This document shows positions 26,028 through 37,600 of a DNA stretch of 64,000 nucleotides, piece by piece (the first letter of the stretch is position 1; each line of letters starts with the position of its first letter). The notes below the pieces were generated by a model, which saw nothing but the letters and a program-made list of their open reading frames with translations, made no database searches and was not told the DNA's origin. Made by a program: the position numbers and the translations under genes. This DNA comes from Nageia nagi. Taxonomy: Eukaryota; Plantae; Pinophyta. The DNA is taken from positions 32,488,001 through 32,552,000 of the forward strand of contig JBITNC010000002.1 of the NCBI GenBank assembly GCA_050084985.1, given 5' to 3'.

Positions 26028-27094
26028 TGTGATAACATTAGGTTTAAAACCCTCCTTTTGCACAAGGTGGTCCTCAAATAGTAACATGAATTTCTATTTT
26101 GATTGGTATGATAACTTGAATAATATTCCTATCACAAACAAACCCTTTATCATAAGAGTTAACAAACTTGAATACTTTCTTGCAAGTGAAATACCTTAAT
26201 CCAATATAACTACAAAGCTTATTAAATTATTGAGTTTTTAGGTTCCCTTATATGGTTTTGATCTTACTCTATATCACATTGAAGATACCAATTCAATATG
26301 GCATGTTTGTTTCTTCCCAAGATATTTGTTTAATGTTAAACAACTTGCATGAAACACCATCTACTTTCACAAGTTAATTATATAAAAAACTTGATAACTA
26401 ATGAAAGGATAACAATTCATAATCAAATATAACATTACTACATAATATAATGATAACTTTATTATTTAATTTCATAATGATCTCATAATAAAAAGTAGAC
26501 AAACCAATTAAAGAAAAATTGATGTATTTTTTGATATAATAGGCCTCATTACATCAAATTTTTTGCCTTCTAAGAGATTCCTAAAATGAAGAGTCTCTTC
26601 TTATTTATAAAACATTTGGGAATTAAGAGAGTGACTCTTAAGTTACCATAACCTATGAATTTTCAACTTCCTAGTTCAATTGTCACTTGAAACTTAATCT
26701 AAAATAGAACTAAAACAACAATAAAGTTCAAATCATCTAGCCTGTACAAAAATAACTAATTTTCCAATTTTCCTATAAATAATTTAAACACTGCTTAAAA
26801 CATTGTCAGGTGTCATAATATTTTGGTTTCTTAGTATTTGACTTGGCTAAAGTTTCTTAATGCTTCTTTAAAATATTTCCTTTACTTGATTCATTACATT
26901 CATTCTTTGATCCTTGCTTGGTATTCTTCATCCTCTATATTCCATATTTTGCTTCCCATAGTTTGAAAAAATTCATGTGACTTTTGCATATAAATCCATT
27001 CATACATTAGATAGTAAATAAAAACTTTAAAAGAAAAAGAAAATTAAAATAAATATGATAGAATATACCACTTCCTAGAATACCTGATATCACA
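26028..27094 (-). repeat. LTR, 1067 bp
   Basis: Perfect 7-bp terminal inverted repeat TGTGATA...TATCACA. Minus-strand TATAAATA near 26600. Adjacent to the gag leader. Confidence 0.68.
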
Positions 27095-27447
27095 TGTGGT
27101 TGGAGAATGCATAATTTTATATATTTAATTTCACTTTAAAATTCATATTTTATATTGCAACATAGAATATTTATTTCTCCTCTTTACAACAATTCAAATG
27201 ATAAGAAAAATGGAGTCCTAATTTGAAAGTTATGGTCATTTGATGGTGAACCTCCTTCAAGATTTCTTGTGTGAATATTGAATTTTATGATGGATGTTGG
27301 AAGTAAAACTCATTTTTTATGATTCTATATTGTTGTTCATCCTCTCACCTTTCTAAAAGTTTCAAAAGTGGTAGAAATAAGCTCCTAGTGTGAAAGTTAT
27401 TATTGTTTAATTATTGAGATCTCCCTTCACCATCCTTAGGTAATAGG

Positions 27448-28050
27448 CCACATATATGCAAGGTTGAATCAAGTTGCATATATGTAAGGTGTAAGAAATT
27501 TTCATATGTGTAATAATAAAGCAAGTCACATATGTGCAAGGTTGAATAAAGTCACATATGTACAAGGTTGGAGTAAGTTGCATATATGCAAGTGTGAAGC
27601 TAGTCGCATATGTGCAAGGTTAAACCAAGTCATAAGTCACACATTTGCAAAATAATAGATCATTCCTTTTCAACTTTTGTGACTAACCCAATTTGAAATT
27701 TGATGAAGTTTTTTTCACAAGTAACATGTATGCAAGGCTGAAGCAAGTAACACATTTTCATGATTAAATCAAGTCACACATTTGCAAAATGATTGATCTT
27801 TCATTTTCAATATTTGTAACTAGCTCAAATTGAAATTTGGCTAAGTGTTAGTAGCAAGTCACACATGTGGAAGGTTGAATCAAGTTTCACATTTGTATGA
27901 TTAAAGCATGTCACAAGTTGTACATTTACAAAATGATAGATCTTTCATTTTTAACATTTATGACTAGTCCAAATTGAAATTTGGCTAAGTGTTATTCGCA
28001 AGTCGCACATTTGCAAGGCTGACGCAAGTCACATATTTGCAAAATGATAA
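27448..28050. repeat. Degenerate 26-bp tandem repeat with higher-order ~110-145-bp units
   Basis: GTCACATATGTGCAAGGTTGAATCAA-like units. AAGTCACACATTTGCAAAA-type anchors at 27634, 27771, ~27915 and 28026. Confidence 0.8.
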
Positions 28051-31000
28051 ATCTTGTGTTTTCAATAGTTATGAATTTTGACTAGGATATTTCAAATTTA
28101 TATGAAATATTTGAGTCTAGGATTTCATTCATGCTATTTATACCTTGTAGAGCTAGCAAAGGGATGAAAAGTGTCAATCACACATTAGTTATAATCATCT
28201 TCTCAAATATAGACCTTTATTGTGTAATATATAGAGATATGAAAGTTCATTTTCTAAGAAACCAATTTATTATAATCCATGATTCATGCTAATTAAAATG
28301 AGTTGTTATATAACTAGATTTTCTCAATGGATGACCAATGTAAATTTATTTGAAATTTGGGCTTACTTTTAGGGTCATTTTGCAAAAAAATAATTAAATT
28401 AGAAAACAAGGATCAACAAATGATGTTTTACATAACTTTTGCATAAAATATTATTTTTCCAAACTATAAATTTAATAAATTACTTGAGATTAAGATCTTT
28501 CCAATTACTAGTTGCATGATACCTTTTGATTATTTATGGTTGAAAAAGTCTCACTCAAATACATATGAATTAGTAGTGTAATTAAATTCATTAAATTTAA
28601 ATAACCTTGAAATTTTAATATCTCATGTTCTAAAACTCTATTTGATGAACCATAAAAGGTTTTTGGTTCATGATGCAAAGTGTTTTAATATGAAATAATC
28701 AAAAGTATGAAATTCCAACCATATTTTTATGATATTATGATTTAAACATTTTTGAAGGCTATGACCAAGAATGACCTTATTATATATGCTCATATAGGAA
28801 AATTTGGAGATTGATCAAATGCATGAAAAAAAGGTATCAATCCAAAATAAGTATAATCATATATCATTCATGACATTGATTCAAAAATATAATAAATATC
28901 CCTTTACCAAATTGATAATACATGACTCTCACTTGTTTTCACCATGGTGACCAAGTAAGATTAAATTCATAAATGGATAAGATATATGGGTTTAGGTTAA
29001 ACACACATGTACAACATACATGAATGATGAATTTAGTCAAAAATTAATCCCTAAGAAATACAATAAGAGGATCCTTTACACTTTTTTTGAAAATAGAAAT
29101 TGGGTGGTAAAATTGGATTTGTTTGGGGATGGCTTGAGTTTACTTGAGCCAAAATATCATATAATATTCAGTATAAAATACAAAATTAAAAACCCTTAAT
29201 CAAATTAAAAATGGTTGATGTAAATTTTCTAAGTAATCTCTTTATCAATCATGCACTTTATTACATAAATAGGATGACAAGTAAAAGTAAATTGTTAAGA
29301 ACAAGTATTTCATATCATTGATCTAGGATAAATTTAGATCAAAACTTATTCTCAAATAATCATGCATTTAAATGGCTTTAGGTAATCACATTATAGAGAA
29401 TAAATCAATATTACAAAGGCATGCATGACCATACCAATTGTCAAACTTGCTTCATGTTAATCCCTATATGTGTAATGAAGTTCAGTAACTATTATGTCCT
29501 TTATTGAAATCAACCATGTTGAAGATATGATATGTTTGAGCTAGGTCAATCACAAGCATAAAAAGGTCTCTTAGGATGCCTCACTACCAAAAAGTGTATA
29601 TATTCCTAGTGAAGTTACCATGAGAGATATATCACTAATTTCTAAGGATGCCTCACTACTAATAAGTGCTTATATCCTTGGTAAGGATTACACCTAGCCT
29701 TACCATTTAATTGATGAATTTTTTGATTCAAAATTTTTAATATTTTAGATTAAAAAAGGCTATATGAATAATAGGATGGTCAAATAACCTTCACTCTATT
29801 TATCAATTAAATGTAAGAGTAACTAGTGCTCGAAAAAAATTCTTATCTAGAATCAAAATGAATCTTGCATTCCATTATTAATAAGGTAATTCCTTGTAAT
29901 GATTGATGGGGATAATTGGCCATGTATGATTAATTGAAACAAAAATAAAATAAAAATCAATTTATTTTTTTGAAAATCAATTTAGCTCCTTATTTATTAG
30001 TAACATGATGTGTGCAATTAGAAGAAAAAGATAAATCATTTATACAAGAGTGCATGAAATGATACAATGTTCACAAAAAAAACTATCATAAACATGAACA
30101 CAATAAAAAAACAAAATAATAAGACTATTAATAAGCATAAAAGAAAGATAAAAGTTATTCTATGATCCTAGATCTTGGTTTGTTCCACTAGTTGTTCAGA
30201 TTGATATTTAAGGTTCTTTTATTTCTTCTTTTTGACTAAATAAAATAAGTTATTTTAAATAAATATAGTTATATAAAAAATTTCAAACCATTAATATTCA
30301 ATATTTGAAGAATTGAAAACATCAAAACTTATGAATAGATCTTTATCACACCAATATTCTATATTGAAAGAATCAAGAATAGGGAATGACAAATAAATCG
30401 ATAAAGGTGTAGTATTTTATATGAAAAGAGTATTCAAACCATTTGAATCCATAATATTATGCCAATAAATATTGCATATAGGATTAATTGAAATAAATTC
30501 TAAAACATCTTACTGATTCATGATGATAATCTCATTAGGATATTTAGGTTGTTTCAAATCATCCTTCCATGGAACAAGGAGAAAATAATCATGCCCAAGT
30601 TCATTATTTTTAGAATGAATCTAGATTAATGAAAATTATTCCAAAGTAGTTTCTCTAGTGCTGGGTTCATGAAAAACATCATCTAAATCTGAAACCAATT
30701 ATTTAACTTTGTGATTAAACATTTTCACATGATACTTTTTAAAATACCTTTCATTTGAATGCAAAATATCATTCATTTTATTTAGTTCATTTTGTAAATC
30801 AAGCATAGGAAGAAAATAACAATCATCCTTACATCAACATCAAAAAAAGTGATTTTCACCTAAGAGATTAGATAGGAGGATGTTACATACCTCATTGGTT
30901 TCAATCATGTTTGAAGATAAAATTACATATTGTAGTTCTAAATTCATGCTATTTGTGGACTAAAATGCATAAACAAGTTAGTATCACACATAAACTTCAA

Positions 31001-32099
31001 GTATACATAACTATGCTTTCCTTAATTATAATTAGATAAAAATTAAAATAAAGGTATGAATAAAATTTTAAATAATATGTCAAAACTTTGCAAGAATGAT
31101 GTAAAGACCTAAATTCATATAATGTGGATATGAGGACCTCCAATTTAGGCCCCTTAAGGCACTTAAATGAGCTTGTAGTGATTTTCCTCACTCCAAATGG
31201 CAATGTAAGCTCCCTAGTCCTCAAATCAATGAAGACAATGAAGTATAGAATGCCTATTGTGCAAATGCTTATACCTAGATGATGTTTGAATAATTTGTAA
31301 TGTGTATTTATACAAATTAAATGGATATTTACTAGTTTTGATGGAAAAATATGAAATTTAGTGTTTTAAACCCTATAAAAGATTAAAACCTATGAAAGTA
31401 AAAGATCTTTAAAGATCCTTAGATCTATGAGATCCAAGGATACCCATAAGACTAAAAGTAAGATTAAACCATAAAATAATGCTTGTATGGATTTAAATTT
31501 AAGATTTATGGTGGAAATGCAAATTAAGATGAATTTAGCCTAAAAATAATACTAAATGTACACAAAACTTATAGCAAGATAAAAGGCTTGATAGATCCAA
31601 GATTTTTCATTGGTAGAATTATCTTCAAACGTACAAAAACCTTGAATATATAAGTATATTTGGAATGTAGAGTGAGATTTTCCATAAGAGTATTACCACA
31701 AGGACTGTATCATAAAGATCTTGAGATTTTAGTAGTAAGAGATCTTTTAGAAGCATGTAACCCTTGAATATCTTTCAAACTCTAAGCTTTAAACCTTTTG
31801 AATAATCTTGGATCAAATTAGGAGCATCAAATCATAAGTGTGCTTATGAATAATGAATTAAGAGTGAGGAATTATATTTTATCATTAAGTTATATGCCTC
31901 CTTTGATAACTTAAGTGAATATAGCTAGAGACCCACTTTTGCACTTAATTTGAGTTTAAGTCAATTTGGCTCCTTTTTCTTTCTTGAATGAAAAAAATCT
32001 TTCAATTAATATGAAATCTGTTTCATACAAAAAAGGGGTGGGTGTAACTAAGCACACCACATGAGAAACCATAATAGATAAACTAAAAAGTATCCCCTT

Positions 32100-34686
32100 T
32101 AAACTAACTCTAGGTTATGAATTCATTTCAGAGTAACCCGACTGATGGAGTAGGGTGCATTCCCTCAATAATCAAGTAAGTTTTGTAGATGCTAAATCTC
32201 CACATTCACTTTCTCAAATTGGATAATAATCTATAGCCAACATTAGTAGAAAATAGTATATTTTTTCACTAAATAAAAGGAAGATGAAGCTTCCTACTGA
32301 GAAAAAAAAAAATCATTCTTGACCTTCCAAAGATGATATAAAATATTGAGCTAAAAAATATGCCAAATTTCCCCCAAGGGTTTAGAGAACTAAATAGGGT
32401 CTCCTAATAACACATGAAACTAGGAATAAGGAGTAACCATAAAAGGTTGAAATAAGGAAAGAATCTAACTCCAAGTGGCTAAAGATTTAGAATAAGACCA
32501 TAATACATGAGTAAAAGTATCAAGTTCCCCATAAAAAGCACAAACTAGGTTGGCTACCCCCAAATATTGAATCCTATGGTCAATAGGTAAGCCTTGATGC
32601 AATAGACTCCATGCAAAAAACTTTGTTTAGGGTTAAGGTATTAGTGCCAAATTGTAGAAAACCATAAACTCCATCTAAATTGGGTGGAAATAAGATCCTA
32701 ATGATTGTTCAAATGCTCAAACATAGGGACATTAGGAGATAACCAAACATAGCCTAATTTAGGTTTAAAATTCTAAATATGGATATTCTTAACCAATACT
32801 AATTATCCCACCAAGTATTTTGAAAAATTTCATCCTAATTTCCTCCAAATGAAAAATGGAATTTTTTCAAGGACAACCTCAAAGATAGCTTTATCATCTG
32901 CTTAAAAATTGAACTTGTTGTAAAATTGTTCCCAAGGTAACTAATGCTTGGTCTAAAAATAAAAAAAACTATTAGAAAGAGTTAATTCCCTTCCTATGAA
33001 AGCAAAGGACTTTGACCCATTGAATATTTTCTAAAGGAAATCCATCAAATTTGGGATTAGGATACCATAAAACATTTAGTGAAATCAAAGAGGCCCTTGA
33101 TGAAACATGCTTTCCATTCTAGTGAATCCATAGTTTGAGGGCTTACCAAGATTTCTAGATACTCTTTGCAATAAAAGAATGAATAATCTTGATAGGGAAT
33201 TGAGTATTAAGAATCATTTTAGGGTCTAACCCTTTCCAATATTTCCTACCATATGAGAGGCTTATAGATACATAATTCTAAATGAGAATCTTCCAGGATT
33301 CATCACCCTCTTAAGCTCTAATTATCCATTTGGCACATAAAGCAAAACCTTGGTTCTAGAAATTGAAATTACCCATTCCATAAGTGGTATGAGGAAGTTA
33401 GCAGATATCCCATGCCATTCTATGGAAACCTCTTTTTGGGATACCATAAGCATAAATAAAATCTTTAAGAAGCTTGTCTAGTTTTTGGTAACATGCCTTA
33501 GAAGGGACCCAAAAAGAGGAATAGTACACATGAGTAGAAGCTAAGATCTTCATGTGAATTTAGTACCTCCCCATGAGAGAAACCTTTTTGGTAGTCCAAT
33601 ACCTAAGCTTTTTTTTAATATTATAAATAACAAAGTTCCAAATATGAGTAGGGGAATCCTAAAAGGAAAAGTGAATACTAAGAAATTTGAACACCTCACC
33701 AAATTGAACCCATTTCCAAGGAAAGAGGTAATCCATTGAGGAATATGTGTTGATGCCTTTCTAAAGTAGGAAGTTTTCTTCCATTGAATATAGGAGCCAT
33801 AGGTATAATAAAAAATATTCATATACTCTAAAGTCGATAGAACAGATTGCTCATCTTCAAGAAGAGTTGAAAAAGAGTCATCAACAAAATGATCATTAAT
33901 GAGCTAAAGTCATCAGCAAAATGGCTATTAATGAGCTACAAGGGGAAGTTAGGTAAAGCAATTCCCTAAATCACACCCTACTAAGCCTTATGTACCAAAA
34001 GATAATCTAAAGCCTCAATAGCTAAAATAAACATGGAATGGGCTAAAGGGAATCCTTGATGAACATAATGGGCAAGGGTAATGGGAGGGGATCAAACACC
34101 ATTCATAATAAGAACCACAAAGGCATCTTGAAATAGCATTTAGATCAACTAAAGAAAAATAGGGCCAAACCCAAGTTCCTAGAGCATGGATAAGACAATG
34201 TGTCATTCAATCCTATCATAAGCTTTTTCAAAATCAATATTAATAAACAAAGCTTATTGATCAAAGATCCTTTCCCATTCCATGCCTTACCAACCAACAA
34301 TAAGATTATCTAATATATAATGACCCTTTAAAAATCCAATTTGCTTTGGATGAACAATCAAAGGAAGAAATAGTATAAGCTTAAGAGCTAAAGCTTTGGC
34401 AATAATTTTATAGCTCACATTTAACAAGGTTATAGGTCTCTAATTGGTAATGATCTCAATGTCACCTTTCTTGGGAATGAACTTGATATTACTTTTATTA
34501 ATTAACTAGCCTAAAGAGCTAGTGGCCATAGCTTCCTTGTACACTTGAAGAAGATTAAGCAAAAAAATCCCAAAATTCTTTGTAAAACTTGTAGGAAAAT
34601 CCATCAATTTGAGGAGCTTTCTCATTAACCATGTGGGAAAGGGCATTCTTAAGATCCTCTAAAGAAAGAGGATGATCACAAATCTC
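32100..34686 (-). pseudogene. L1 ORF2 reverse transcriptase and C-terminal part
   Basis: EDLKNALSHMVNEKAPQIDGFSYKFYKEFW; DFEKAYDRIE; HQGFPLA; HFADD. Confidence 0.9.
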
Positions 34687-37600
34687 TGTTAGAATATTAA
34701 GTTTATTAGGGTTAATTAATTTTTCCTTAGTTTTTACTATTCTAGCTGGGCTATTACAAATAACCACATATTTGTCTATTTGTGCATTTTGCTACCGCAT
34801 GGTTAGCATGCTGTTGTAAATTAGTTTATGATTTGCCCTATTTATTCTGGGCTTTATTCTCATTTCAAAATGAATTGATCTGAGGAGTTTAGCTTCTCTT
34901 CCTATTTGTGGTGTCATGCATCTCCTTGTTTTCTTGGTTGAATTACTCTCCCTATAATTCTTCACATGGTAACAAAGCAAATTAGTTTTTTGTAGACATC
35001 CAGACTTCTTCTATGAAGCTCTTTTAGATCTGATTTTTATGGGGTTGCTAGCATTCATTTCAGTCTTACGATCATACTCCCCAAGTAGAGTGTTTCATGT
35101 GTTAGCTGGGCCCCTAATCTGCTATGTGTAAGACCCACCCAAGGACAAACACTCATCATTTATGACATGGACTACCAGGGAATCTGATCCTATTCGCTCC
35201 CTATGCTTTTGCACCCCAACATTAGTGTAGACCCAGAGAGCTACCTTCATTTTTGGCATTCCTTTATAGATCTTCAAATTTGATCCCTACACACAAAATT
35301 CCACTCTCCCCTATTGGGTGACTTCAACTTCTATGAGGGTGTTCTTTATCCTCCTTGCGATCTCTGTAGCCTTTATTCACGTTGTGGGTGTTTCTTGTGG
35401 GTGTTTATTGCTATGAAATTCACCCAGCCATACTCTATAGATGTTTAGATTCTCCTTGCAGCTTCAACAAAACCTTCTACTATTCCTCACAACTCATGGG
35501 CATCTATCTGTCTCTTCTCCATCGCATGATTTGGTGTGCACAGGTTGATTCATTTATTTTTCTAGCCACTTCCCCTATAGTTTCAAAAAATTAAAAAAAT
35601 AGTTTATTTTCTAATTTTTTTTAAATTAGAAAAATAAATTTTAATTTTTTTATAGTTTTAAAGGGCCATTTAATTGATTTGGAAGGCAAACACATTTAAT
35701 TCTATAACTTGAGCAAACAGACTCTGATTGAGGTGTCATTTTTGCATTGTAAAGCTGGAGATGAGATCTTCCAAACTAGTAACATTGTAAGCCTTGATGA
35801 TAAGTTTCTTAGGGGGGTCATTTGAAAGTGAATAAAATTTGGGTGGGGTCTTCTTGTGTTGGGTGCTGATTTTTGCACATCTTATCGCTTGGTTCCTTGG
35901 TTCCTCGTTGGTTTTTGAGATGGAGCATTCTTCATTTAAAATTGAACCTCTCACACCTCATAACTATCAACTTTGGAAGCCATGGATGTTGACAATATTG
36001 GCACAAAGAGGATTAGACACACTCATTAAGGAACAAAATTTCACATTCAAATCTAATTATGAAACTTGGTCATTTACAAAGGTAACTGGTGAAGCATTTG
36101 GGTTGATTAAAGCAAATGTTAGTGAGAGTTTGTGGTTTCATCTTGATAATATTACCACACCACATGATGCATGGGATAAATTGGAATCCTTGTTTGGTAA
36201 AGTTGACACTATGAGGGCTATGCAAATTGATGCTCAACTTACTGCTTTGTCTCTTGATGATTTTCCCACCATGGTCGATTATCTCACTAAATTCAAAGAA
36301 TTGTACATATAATTGATGGGTGCTGGTAAAAAGAAGAAAGAGGATGAATGCATCTATTTGATTTTATCAAAGTTGAAGGGTCCCTTTCATGTATTTGCCT
36401 CTACATTCCTCTCTACAAAAGATGCTATGGGTGATAAATTCACAATGCCTAAGTTGGAAGAGTCTAAACTTTCAACTCTTGAGACATCTTCATCTTCATC
36501 TAAAGCATTGACTGCATCTAAAGGTAAGGGTAAGCCCAAGCCTAAGCCTAAAACTCCTACTTCTCAGCCAGCTCCTAAAGCTCCTGATTCTAAATCCACT
36601 CCAAACAAAGAGAAGCCTACTTGTTCCTATTATGGGAAGCTTGGTCATGTAATTGAAAAGTGTTATAAAAGGATGAAAGATGATAAAAGGAAGCAAAAAT
36701 TTGAATCTTCTCATGTATCAGGTAAGGCTTTGAATGTTCATGGGAAAGGACATTTGATTTCAGATAGATGGGTTATGGATTAAGGTGCTACTCATCACAT
36801 GAATCCATGCACGGAGTCTTTTCCATCTCTTTGTTCTACTTCTATTTCTAGCATTGAGGTTGGTGATTCCTCCACATCTCTATGAAGGGAAAAGGGGACA
36901 TTCTAGTTGATGGTGGTCACATCCTTGATGTGCTTTTGGTTCTTGAGCTCTCTTCCAACCTTCTTTCCATATATCAGTTTTTTAATACTAGGGGGGAGGA
37001 CTGTGTTGTTCACTCCTGATGATTTTGAGATACAGAGTTTGAATGAACCCCAATCCCTTATTGCTCATGGTGATGTTGATCATTCCTTATGGTTGTATCA
37101 TTTTAAGGGATTTGATGATGATTCAAGTACTGGGTTGGTTTCCCATGCAGATTCTATGAGTAGACTTTGGCATGAGAGGTTTGGTCATCTCAACTATGGA
37201 TATTTGCAGGAGTTGCATGCTCATAATATGGTCATTGGCTTACCTAAGGTGTCTTATTCTGATGGTGTTTGTCCTAGTTGTGCTCTTGGGAAACAACACC
37301 AAGACCCTTTTCCTAAAGGTAATGCCAATCATGCATCTTCTCTTTTAGAGTCGGTGCATAGTGACTTGATGGTTTTTCCACACCCTTCTTTCATTGGAGC
37401 TCGATATGCACTTACATTCATTGATGATTTCTTGAGATGTACTTGGGTGTATTTTCTCAAGTACAAGAGTGATGTCTTTGCTCATTTCAAATTTTTCAAG
37501 GCTTTGGTCGAGAATCAATCTTCTAGTTGCATTAAGAAGCTTTGCATAGATAATGGGGGGGAGTATTTTAGTACTGAGTTTTCAGAGTTCCTTCAGAAGC

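Larger units (their letters stand above)
23355..27094 (-). mobile_element. 5' half of an old Ty3/gypsy (LTR, gag, protease), truncated by the SIRE insertion
   Basis: LTR 26028-27094, gag remnants at ~24300-25500 and protease at ~23560-23830, all on the minus strand. Confidence 0.72.

Noticed and set aside
27448-28050. CRISPR-like appearance of short periodic repeats (also 53130-53540 and 59480-59920)
   Set aside because: Repeats are degenerate, intervening sequences are homologous rather than unique, there are no cas genes, and the context is a eukaryotic TE nest.
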